Below, piece after piece: positions 37,657-44,759 of a DNA stretch of 50,679 bases. Both the position numbers and the translations under genes were made by a program. How positions within the stretch are numbered: position 1 is the first letter of the stretch; every line of letters starts with the position of its first letter. Below the pieces are notes generated by a model that made no database searches, was not told the origin of the DNA, and worked only from the letters and a program-made list of their open reading frames with translations. Where the stretch lies: the IMG/VR virus record IMGVR_UViG_3300031578_000055, positions 1 to 50,679 of that record; one strand, written 5' to 3'. The stretch comes from a virus (lineage: Duplodnaviria; Caudoviricetes).

Positions 37657-37832
37657 TGATTGAAGAAAAAAAATACCTTGTAACATTTAGAAGATTCTTT
37701 TCTAGTGTGAAAATTGTGATAGATTTTAATCCTGAGTTGTTAGTTTCACTAAGTGATAATTTAAAAACTAATTTTGGAATTGATTGTCCTATTACATCTG
37801 TAGAAGAAATAACCATTAAAAGAAAGGATTAA
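37656..37832 (+). CDS. Small hypothetical protein (not in ORF track)
   Basis: TAATG coupling; 58 aa. Confidence 0.6.
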   Translation: MIEEKKYLVTFRRFFSSVKIVIDFNPELLVSLSDNLKTNFGIDCPITSVEEITIKRKD

Positions 37833-37834
37833 TT

Positions 37835-39070
37835 ATGGGAAAAGACAACAGGCGTTCTGTTGACACTAAATTCTGGACTGATCCAGAAGTTGAGCAACTG
37901 ACAAAGAATGCCACTTATTTATTTAATTCACTATTAACATTCCCTGAAAATAATATGGCTGGAACCTATGAAATATCAGAAGGGAAAATGTCTTATTATA
38001 CTAAGATGAATAAAAATGAAATAAATGAAGCTTTTAAAGAATTGGAATATAAAAATAAAGTGCTTAGATTTAAAACATGGGTATCAATTAAAAATCATAT
38101 AAAAAATCAAAAACTTAACGGAGGAATGGCTATTTCTGTAGTTAAAGATTTATGTGATTGTCCTAATCCTGTTAAATTATGGTTGTTTTATCAGGCAAAT
38201 TCAGAGACTTTAGAGCCTTGGTTCCCTAAGCTTTTATTTAATGTCAATGCATATTTAGGGGAACAGAAAAAAAGATATGCAAATAGGATAGTAAAAGATA
38301 ACCCTAAGATAACCGTTATCGAAGCATTATCTAACTATGAGTTTAACCCTATGACAGAAGACAAGCTTTTGCAGATAATGGTTCAAAACCTCCCTTTAGA
38401 CACAAAAGAGCTTTCAAATCTTAACAGTATGATAACCCTTATCGAATGGTTAGATAACCCTTCGATGAATATAAAGAATAAAAGGGAATTAGAAAAGGAA
38501 TTAGAAGATATAAAAGGAAAAGGGAATAGTAAATTGATTTCGGATAACGTTGTATCCGAAGAGACAAAAATTTCTCCCTCTCCCTTCTCCGGTTTTATTC
38601 CTGAATCTAAAAAACAAAATCCTGATGCTACGATGTTTGAATCTAAAGATATTCTTTCAGAACGGATTACAACAGCCATAGAACATTGGAACACTAAGCC
38701 TAATCTTCAGAAATATAAATATAATGTTTTTAATATGAGAAATGTTGCTGATGTAAAAACTCAGTTTGATGTTTTCTCATTAGATGAAATATTGGGAGCT
38801 ATAAATAATTTATCAAAATATATAGATCGTGATGAAATGGTTTCAAAACAATTTGATAGATTTATTAAAAGTTCTTTGGATAGATGGGTTGATGATGCTA
38901 TGCCTTGGAAGCGATATGAAACCGAAGCTGACAAATCACCAAATCAAATTCAATTAGAAAAGTATGAGGAATATATAAGAACCTGTACAAGTGATTTATC
39001 AGAAGAACAATTAGCTCCAACATATGAGAAAATCAGAAAGGTTAAGAAATTGATCGAGGAGGAAGGATGA
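37835..39070 (+). CDS. Phage replication initiator (replisome organizer-like)
   Basis: N-terminal DTKFWTDPEV...LLT...GTYEIS winged-helix pattern; charged linker; internal repeats. Confidence 0.75.
   Translation: MGKDNRRSVDTKFWTDPEVEQLTKNATYLFNSLLTFPENNMAGTYEISEGKMSYYTKMNKNEINEAFKELEYKNKVLRFKTWVSIKNHIKNQKLNGGMAISVVKDLCDCPNPVKLWLFYQANSETLEPWFPKLLFNVNAYLGEQKKRYANRIVKDNPKITVIEALSNYEFNPMTEDKLLQIMVQNLPLDTKELSNLNSMITLIEWLDNPSMNIKNKRELEKELEDIKGKGNSKLISDNVVSEETKISPSPFSGFIPESKKQNPDATMFESKDILSERITTAIEHWNTKPNLQKYKYNVFNMRNVADVKTQFDVFSLDEILGAINNLSKYIDRDEMVSKQFDRFIKSSLDRWVDDAMPWKRYETEADKSPNQIQLEKYEEYIRTCTSDLSEEQLAPTYEKIRKVKKLIEEEG
38297..38462 (+). repeat. Iteron-like repeats inside initiator gene
   Basis: GATAACC at 38297, 38308, 38431, 38453; GATAACC(G/C)TTATCGAA twice. 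Confidence 0.55.
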
Positions 39071-39345
39071 ATCCTGCATTAGAATTGGCGTTCGAAGCTG
39101 GAAAATGGGCTGGACAAGTAGAGCTTGAAGAGCATTTCGACAGGGAGCAATATTCACAGGTTGTCTTTGAATCTATATATTCGAAAAAAACATCAATGCC
39201 GGCTATTATGGAATCAACTGGTAAAACTGTAACTATAAATTTAAGATCGAATGCATGGCGAATTGGTGTTAAAAAATCATCCAAGGAATATCTTGAAAAA
39301 GCTGAGAAAATATTATCTTATCTCAAAGGGGAACTTCATGGATAA
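39067..39345 (+). CDS. Hypothetical protein
   Basis: ATGA overlap with initiator. Confidence 0.7.
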   Translation: MNPALELAFEAGKWAGQVELEEHFDREQYSQVVFESIYSKKTSMPAIMESTGKTVTINLRSNAWRIGVKKSSKEYLEKAEKILSYLKGELHG

Positions 39346-40084
39346 AGAATCTTTCCTATCCGACATGATAAACCGGTTTGGTTCTAAAAAAAATGAAACA
39401 AAGAAAAAAGAATATTTGGAAGAGCTCCACGTTTTTGCAAATATGTGTCCAGAACAAAACCTTCATGCTGTTTATAATTATGCTGTTTCTGCAGATGGAT
39501 ATCCTACATTAAAAAAACTATTTAGGTTTGCACGAGAACATAATTTTATCCCTGAAACAGATAAATACAGTGAAGATATAATTGTTTATTATAAATGCAA
39601 CGGGTTCTATAAATCAGTAGCAGATGGAGGAGGAAAATATAGTAAAAAGAAATTCGAATGTAATACAAGTTATTCTATAAATTCTGGTGGCTGTCCTAAT
39701 TGTGGATCCACTTCTGGAACTATTGTAAAATGTTTTAAAAGTATCCCGGAAGAAGTTATATTTCTTAAAAATGATTGTTTCAGATGTAAATTATATTTAC
39801 CTGAAAATGGGAGTAAAATTTTATATTTATACGGACCCGAATGTGGAGTGCATGGATCAAGGCATTCTCCTAAAACTGATCAGGTTTGTAAATCTTGCAG
39901 ATGTAAGCCCTGTTGTATTGATACCAGGGAATTTAAATATCAAACAAATCATTACATGGAAAAAGTAAGAGATCCCAAACACGAGATTATGCAGCCGTGG
40001 TTAAAAAATAGTCGTAAACCAGGAGATCATATTGCAATATTAGAAAAGCTTGAAATGTCAAAAAAATATAATAATGGCGGTTGA
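39338..40084 (+). CDS. Cys-rich hypothetical protein (possible replication accessory)
   Basis: ATG 39338 after AAGGGG; several CxxC motifs. Confidence 0.65.
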   Translation: MDKESFLSDMINRFGSKKNETKKKEYLEELHVFANMCPEQNLHAVYNYAVSADGYPTLKKLFRFAREHNFIPETDKYSEDIIVYYKCNGFYKSVADGGGKYSKKKFECNTSYSINSGGCPNCGSTSGTIVKCFKSIPEEVIFLKNDCFRCKLYLPENGSKILYLYGPECGVHGSRHSPKTDQVCKSCRCKPCCIDTREFKYQTNHYMEKVRDPKHEIMQPWLKNSRKPGDHIAILEKLEMSKKYNNGG

Positions 40085-40085
40085 T

Positions 40086-40268
40086 ATGACAAATGAAGAA
40101 TATTTAAGATCAGAATATAAAAGTATGTTAACAGAGGTAAAGAATTCTTTTCATTTGATTAAAATACAGAGAGAAGAAATTAAACGATTAAAATCAAGTA
40201 ATCGTTCTTATCTGGAAATAGTTGTAGAACTCGGTCAAGAATTAAGGGAGAAAGGAAAATACTTATGA
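40086..40268 (+). CDS. Small coiled-coil protein
   Basis: ORF in track; start uncertain. Confidence 0.55.
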   Translation: MTNEEYLRSEYKSMLTEVKNSFHLIKIQREEIKRLKSSNRSYLEIVVELGQELREKGKYL

Positions 40269-40308
40269 TGAAGGCAATAAGCTTTGTTTTAGTTCTAAAT
40301 AATTAAAC

Positions 40309-40324
40309 AGCCTCTTCGGAGGCT
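40309..40324 (+). promoter_or_regulatory. UUCG hairpin abutting RBS (copy 2 of 3)
   Basis: AGCCTC-TTCG-GAGGCT then AAAGGAGG. Confidence 0.7.
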
Positions 40325-40338
40325 AAAGGAGGTAAATA

Positions 40339-40512
40339 ATGAAATATGCAATTATTAGAGTCAATAAACATGAATCTGTAAATGTTGAGTTTGACATAAA
40401 AAATATTGCTGAAAAATTTTGTATTGTCTGCAACAAAGGATTAACTAAAAAAGATGACAATTATTTGATTGTAGAGAGGAGAAATCATGAAAGAGAAAAG
40501 AGAACAGTTTAA
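40339..40512 (+). CDS. Small hypothetical protein (not in ORF track)
   Basis: AAAGGAGG RBS; 57 aa. Confidence 0.7.
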   Translation: MKYAIIRVNKHESVNVEFDIKNIAEKFCIVCNKGLTKKDDNYLIVERRNHEREKRTV

Positions 40513-40645
40513 TTTAAGAATGCCCGAACCGCTTAAAGGCAGGGGGAAAAAAGAAGCTGCATTTTATGGGATAAATATGTCTCAATTTATTGTTCAGGCT
40601 ATAAATGAAAAACTTGAAAAAATAGATATGCGTATAACAGACTAA
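40487..40645 (+). CDS. Ribbon-helix-helix protein (not in ORF track)
   Basis: QFNLRMPEPLK...AAFYGINMSQFIVQAINEKL; GAGGAG RBS. Confidence 0.8.
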   Translation: MKEKREQFNLRMPEPLKGRGKKEAAFYGINMSQFIVQAINEKLEKIDMRITD

Positions 40646-40691
40646 GATGTGCAATGCGGATAATAGTAGTTATGTGGAAAAGGGGGCTAAG

Positions 40692-41042
40692 ATGGAATGG
40701 ATTAGTGTTGAAAAAGAACTTCCGATTGAAGAAGATTATTATTTAGTATCGAGTAATTATGGAATAGTTGTTCGTAGTTTTAATGTTTATCATAATTGCT
40801 GGGACGATGAACAGGCAGATGACTATTGGTGCGATGCAGTAGGTGGGAATGTTACACACTGGATGCCACTACCACCGCCCCCTTCATCACATAACAGCGA
40901 ATATAAGCAATGCGAGTTTTGCCACGATACAAGGTTGTTGTGTAGTGGTGCCGGAGAGTGTGACCATGATGGTAGAGACTGTAGCGAAAGTGATAATTGT
41001 GGTGAATATACACCGGCACTATGTAAGCATTGTACAAATTAG
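40692..41042 (+). CDS. DUF551-like protein with Cys-rich tail (cassette A)
   Basis: MEWISVEKELP...VTHWMPLP; reads through the att site. Confidence 0.85.
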   Translation: MEWISVEKELPIEEDYYLVSSNYGIVVRSFNVYHNCWDDEQADDYWCDAVGGNVTHWMPLPPPPSSHNSEYKQCEFCHDTRLLCSGAGECDHDGRDCSESDNCGEYTPALCKHCTN

Positions 41043-41098
41043 CGCACTGCATATATTCGCAGAACGTTATACACAATTTGTGTCTAAAGGAGAATATA

Positions 41099-41263
41099 AT
41101 GAAAGTTGATTTTAAACAGAAGGCTACATTGGTAATTACACCGGAAAATGAAATAGAAAGTTATGCACTTAGAAAATGGCATGAAGGCTATGTTTCAATA
41201 GAGCCTTCTGAAGAATGTTTATGTGTAGAGTCAATTACAATTGACGACACAAACAATGTATAA
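41099..41263 (+). CDS. Hypothetical protein (cassette B)
   Basis: AAAGGAG RBS; stop lies in GTATAAC. Confidence 0.75.
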   Translation: MKVDFKQKATLVITPENEIESYALRKWHEGYVSIEPSEECLCVESITIDDTNNV

Positions 41264-41331
41264 CAGGGTTTATATGTCATTGATTACAACATCATATAAG
41301 CCGGAAACGTTATAGGCAATTGGAGGGTTAA

Positions 41332-41538
41332 ATGAGAGGAAAAGGTTTACTCGAATGGGAATGGGTTGCACATATTGAATATTCTGATTATGCCGATTCT
41401 TTGTTACATTTTAGTAGTTTAGATGCTACTGATATATTATCTGCAATAGCACATGTTTATCGGCATTGTCGGGAAAGTGGAGTTTTTGAAGTTATTTCTT
41501 TAACGCAACTGCCTATAACAGCAGATACACGGAAATAA
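41332..41538 (+). CDS. Hypothetical protein (cassette C)
   Basis: GGAGG RBS just after GTTATAG. Confidence 0.75.
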   Translation: MRGKGLLEWEWVAHIEYSDYADSLLHFSSLDATDILSAIAHVYRHCRESGVFEVISLTQLPITADTRK

Positions 41539-41591
41539 CAAGTGACTGCATATAAACCCGAAACGTTATGTACAATATTTTGGAGGAGTAA

Positions 41592-41834
41592 ATGGACAAT
41601 AGGCATATGGATATTATATATGATGCATTGTGTAATGACGATGACCCTGTTTTTTCTAGCGAGACTGTTACAGAAATGTATAATTATATCAAAGAATTGG
41701 AAGCTAAAATAAACCTGCTCCAAAATATTATTCATAACAACAGTTTAACAAAATCATGCAGCGGTTGTTGGGGGGAGAATAAGATTTGTTATGGTTGTAT
41801 AGATTTTAGTGGTTACAAAAGCATGACTTCGTAA
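41592..41834 (+). CDS. Hypothetical protein with CxxC..CxxC tail (cassette D)
   Basis: GGAGG RBS; reads through att site. Confidence 0.75.
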   Translation: MDNRHMDIIYDALCNDDDPVFSSETVTEMYNYIKELEAKINLLQNIIHNNSLTKSCSGCWGENKICYGCIDFSGYKSMTS

Positions 41835-41872
41835 AACTGCGAAACGTTATGTACAATATTTTGGAGGATTAA

Positions 41873-42097
41873 ATGAGTAGAAAACCAATAGAATCTTTTC
41901 ATATTGCAGGGATAAAATATGCCTGTTGTCAAGAATCAGATGTTAGAGAGCTTGAAGCTGAACTTGACCAGCTCCAAAACACTATACATAACATCGATTA
42001 TTCGAAATGTCCAGATTGTGAAGGGTACGGGCAAAGCATAAAAGGCTGGACGATAATGCCCTGTAAAAAGTGTAAGGGTACGGGACAAATCGTATAA
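41873..42097 (+). CDS. Hypothetical protein with CxxCxGxG tail (cassette E)
   Basis: GGAGG RBS; CPDCEGYG...CKKCKGTG; shares ELEA...LQN.IHN with cassette D. Confidence 0.75.
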   Translation: MSRKPIESFHIAGIKYACCQESDVRELEAELDQLQNTIHNIDYSKCPDCEGYGQSIKGWTIMPCKKCKGTGQIV

Positions 42098-42235
42098 TCG
42101 CGAAACGTTAGGCGAAATTAGGAGTCAGACATTGTTTAGTAGCATGGACGGCTGGTAAAATCTATTGTAGTGGATGCTGTCAATATATCAAAACTTCGCA
42201 TAATCGCAGAACGTTATGAATAATAAGAGGATCAA

Positions 42236-42430
42236 ATGGTAGACAACGTTAAAGATATAATTAAAGCGTATTGTTCAGTGCATTATCCCGGAGCAGATGG
42301 ATTATGTAATGATGGTTGTGGATGTTCTTTTGACGATTTGCAACCGTGCAGTAGTTCATGTATGCATTGTGTTCCAGCAAAATGGAATGGAGAAGAAGAG
42401 ATTTTTATAGAAATAGACAAATATCAATAA
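42236..42430 (+). CDS. Cys-rich small protein (last cassette-like unit)
   Basis: GAGG RBS after GTTATGA; GADGLCNDGCGC..DDLQPC. Confidence 0.75.
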   Translation: MVDNVKDIIKAYCSVHYPGADGLCNDGCGCSFDDLQPCSSSCMHCVPAKWNGEEEIFIEIDKYQ

Positions 42431-42502
42431 ATGAGTATATTATTAACATAAGGATGAACAATGGATACCATAAACCCGATTAAAAACCCAATTTTGATAA
42501 AG

Positions 42503-42531
42503 TTGACAATTACCCGTACAAGGGGTAATAT
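42503..42531 (+). promoter_or_regulatory. Promoter with inverted repeat, likely leaderless transcript
   Basis: TTGACA-17-TAATAT; ATTACCC-N7-GGGTAAT; ATG 7 nt downstream. Confidence 0.7.
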
Positions 42532-42537
42532 CATTTT

Positions 42538-43065
42538 ATGAATAAAATATGGAAAGAAATTAGGGGATATGATGGGTTTTATAAGATTTCTAATTGTGGA
42601 GATGTATATAATTCGAAATGGGATCGTCCAGTAAAGCAACATATAAACAAATCAAACGGATATTATGAAGTCTGCTTATACAAGAAGCAAAAACGAAAAC
42701 ACCATACAATACATAGATTAGTTGCTCTTCATTTTGTTGGTATTTTATCTGGCCGTGAATTTGTAAATCATAAAGATTCTGATAAACATAACAATGATTC
42801 AACAAACCTTGAATGGGTTACTAAGTCTGAGAATGGTATTCACGCAGGAAAAGCAGGATTACTTTCTGTTAATCTAAGAAAAAATGTAAATCAATTAACC
42901 AAAGAAGGGAATTTTATCAAAACACATATTAGCCTTTCTTCTGCAGCTAGAGAATTAAACCTGCAAAAAACAAATATATCATCTTGTTGTTATGGTAAAT
43001 CAAAAACATGTGGAGGATTCTTATGGGAATTCACTCAAAAGGATATAAACCGTGATCAATATTAA
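42538..43065 (+). CDS. NUMOD4-HNH-NUMOD1 homing endonuclease
   Basis: WKEIRGYDGFYKISNCG, IHRLVA, VNHKD...NLEWVT..EN, C-terminal SLSSAAREL...GGFLW. Confidence 0.92.
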   Translation: MNKIWKEIRGYDGFYKISNCGDVYNSKWDRPVKQHINKSNGYYEVCLYKKQKRKHHTIHRLVALHFVGILSGREFVNHKDSDKHNNDSTNLEWVTKSENGIHAGKAGLLSVNLRKNVNQLTKEGNFIKTHISLSSAARELNLQKTNISSCCYGKSKTCGGFLWEFTQKDINRDQY

Positions 43066-44329
43066 GCAATTCGATCCAAAATCAAACCCGATAGTAGTTA
43101 AATGCACCGCAGCTGATCTATTACCCATAGATAAAATAGTAGGATTCCAGGGTAATTTAAAAAAACTCTCAACTGTAAATCAGAATAAATTAATTAGTAG
43201 TATTCTTATTCATGGCTTTATTGCTCCTTTTTTCTTATGGGATGATGGATTTGAGTTGAGAGTTCTAGATGGAACACAGCGATTAAAAACTATTCTCGCC
43301 CTTCAAAAACGAGGGTGGGATGTCCCGTTGCTTCCCGTTGTATACATTGAAGCAGATAACGAAAAGGATGCACGAGCGAAACTTCTTAAAATAACATCAG
43401 CTTATGGAGAATTCGATTTAGATGAACTCCAGTCATGGATTAACGATATGGATGATGATATAAGTGAATCTATTAGGTTGGTGGATCAGGAGATTGAACT
43501 TGCATTAACTCCGGAAGCTGCTGAAACAGTTGGTGATGAAGAAATTCCGGAAGAAATTATTCCTGTTACGAAATTAGGTGATTTATGGGAACTTGGAGAA
43601 CATAGGCTATTGTGTGGGAGTTCAACGGATATTAATTCTGTCAAGAAATTAATTAGAGAAAATAAAGTTGATTGTGTATTTTCCGATCCTCCATATGGAA
43701 TAGATGTTGTTAAGTCTTCTCAAGTTGGTGGTGGAGGAGAAACCAAGTTCGGTAAAGGTGGTGGTGGAAAAATTGTTGATTCAAATGAGTATAAAAAAAT
43801 AATTGGAGATGAAACAATAGATACTGCTAAAGAATTTTATGAATTATGTATTAGCATGGATTTTAAGAATATAGTATTATGGGGCGGTAATTATTACACG
43901 GCTTTTATTCCTCCTTCTCGATGTTGGATTATCTGGGATAAAGAAATGACAGGGAATTTTTCTGAAGCAGAAATGGCGTGGACTTCTTTTTCAAAAGGGG
44001 GAATTAAAGTTTTTAAATTCTTGTGGAATGGCCTTTCTCGTGAAGGAAATAGGATTGATGAATTAAAGTCAAGAATTCATCCTACCCAAAAACCAGTCGG
44101 GTTGTTTGCCAATATATTTGAAAGATTTGATGGCTTTAAATCCTATTTTGATGGGTTTTTAGGATCTGGAAGTACTTTAATAGCATGTGAAAAAACAAAT
44201 AATATATGTTATGGAACAGAATTAGAACCATCTTATTGTGACTTGATAGTAATCAGATACAAAACATGGTGTGAGAACAACGGAAAGACACCTATAGTAA
44301 AACTTAATGGTGAGGTCTGGAATGGCTAA
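43052..44329 (+). CDS. ParB-N domain fused to N4C/N6A DNA methyltransferase
   Basis: LDGTQR ParB-like N-terminus; GDLWELGEHRLLCG, DPPY, HPTQKP, FLGSGSTLIA. Confidence 0.9.
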   Translation: MINIKQFDPKSNPIVVKCTAADLLPIDKIVGFQGNLKKLSTVNQNKLISSILIHGFIAPFFLWDDGFELRVLDGTQRLKTILALQKRGWDVPLLPVVYIEADNEKDARAKLLKITSAYGEFDLDELQSWINDMDDDISESIRLVDQEIELALTPEAAETVGDEEIPEEIIPVTKLGDLWELGEHRLLCGSSTDINSVKKLIRENKVDCVFSDPPYGIDVVKSSQVGGGGETKFGKGGGGKIVDSNEYKKIIGDETIDTAKEFYELCISMDFKNIVLWGGNYYTAFIPPSRCWIIWDKEMTGNFSEAEMAWTSFSKGGIKVFKFLWNGLSREGNRIDELKSRIHPTQKPVGLFANIFERFDGFKSYFDGFLGSGSTLIACEKTNNICYGTELEPSYCDLIVIRYKTWCENNGKTPIVKLNGEVWNG

Positions 44330-44759
44330 AGTTAAAAACCCAGGAGGAACACCGGCAAATCTTATGCCGGCTTGGAGTGCTACAAATCAGCCTAAAAATA
44401 AAAACGGAAGAAAACCGTCCAGCATTAAAAAATATATCAAAGATAATAATCTCAATGCTACTGATATCTCTGTCCTTGCTAAATATATTCTTCCATTAAA
44501 CCAGGATCAATTAACTGCTTTAATTAGAGATGAAAAAATTCCTTTCGTTGTCAGGATATTTGTTAAATCAGTATTAGAAGATTTTAAACGTGGGAATCTT
44601 TCTAATATTATGACTTTGATTGACAGGGCTGTTGGTAAACCGAAAGAAACAGTTGATGTAAACGAGAATTCAAATAAAACTACTTTAAATGTTGATTATT
44701 CTGATATGTCTGAGGATGAAAAAAGAGAATTGTTTTTCCAGAAGATTAAGAGAGATTGA
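44322..44759 (+). CDS. terS: Terminase small subunit
   Basis: NQP...GRKP N-terminus, LIDRAVGKPKE; directly before terL. Confidence 0.75.
   Translation: MAKVKNPGGTPANLMPAWSATNQPKNKNGRKPSSIKKYIKDNNLNATDISVLAKYILPLNQDQLTALIRDEKIPFVVRIFVKSVLEDFKRGNLSNIMTLIDRAVGKPKETVDVNENSNKTTLNVDYSDMSEDEKRELFFQKIKRD

Larger units (their letters stand above)
40632..42219 (+). mobile_element. Integron-like gene cassette array with attC-like sites, no integrase in window
   Basis: Sites 40632-40675 (degenerate), 40889-41072, 41258-41315, 41513-41571, 41732-41852, 41986-42113, half-site 42192-42219; TAAC...hairpin...(G/A)AAC-GTTA; one RBS+ORF per unit. Confidence 0.8.

Noticed and set aside
41559-41868. 29-bp direct repeat as a CRISPR array
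   Set aside because: Only two exact copies, 281 bp apart, enclosing an ORF; no cas genes; better explained as cassette leaders
40889-42113. Array hairpins as intrinsic terminators
   Set aside because: No U-tracts, loops up to about 130 nt, and conserved AAC/GTT ends that terminators do not need
42431-42460. Closing att site for the last cassette-like gene
   Set aside because: TATTATTAAC only loosely resembles the expected TATTATTCATAAC and no hairpin or GTT follows
42538-43065. HNH gene as part of a group I intron
   Set aside because: Free-standing with own promoter; neighbouring genes are not interrupted
36754-44329. Two methyltransferases as a restriction-modification system
   Set aside because: No cognate restriction enzyme recognised; orphan and ParB-fused methyltransferases are common in phages
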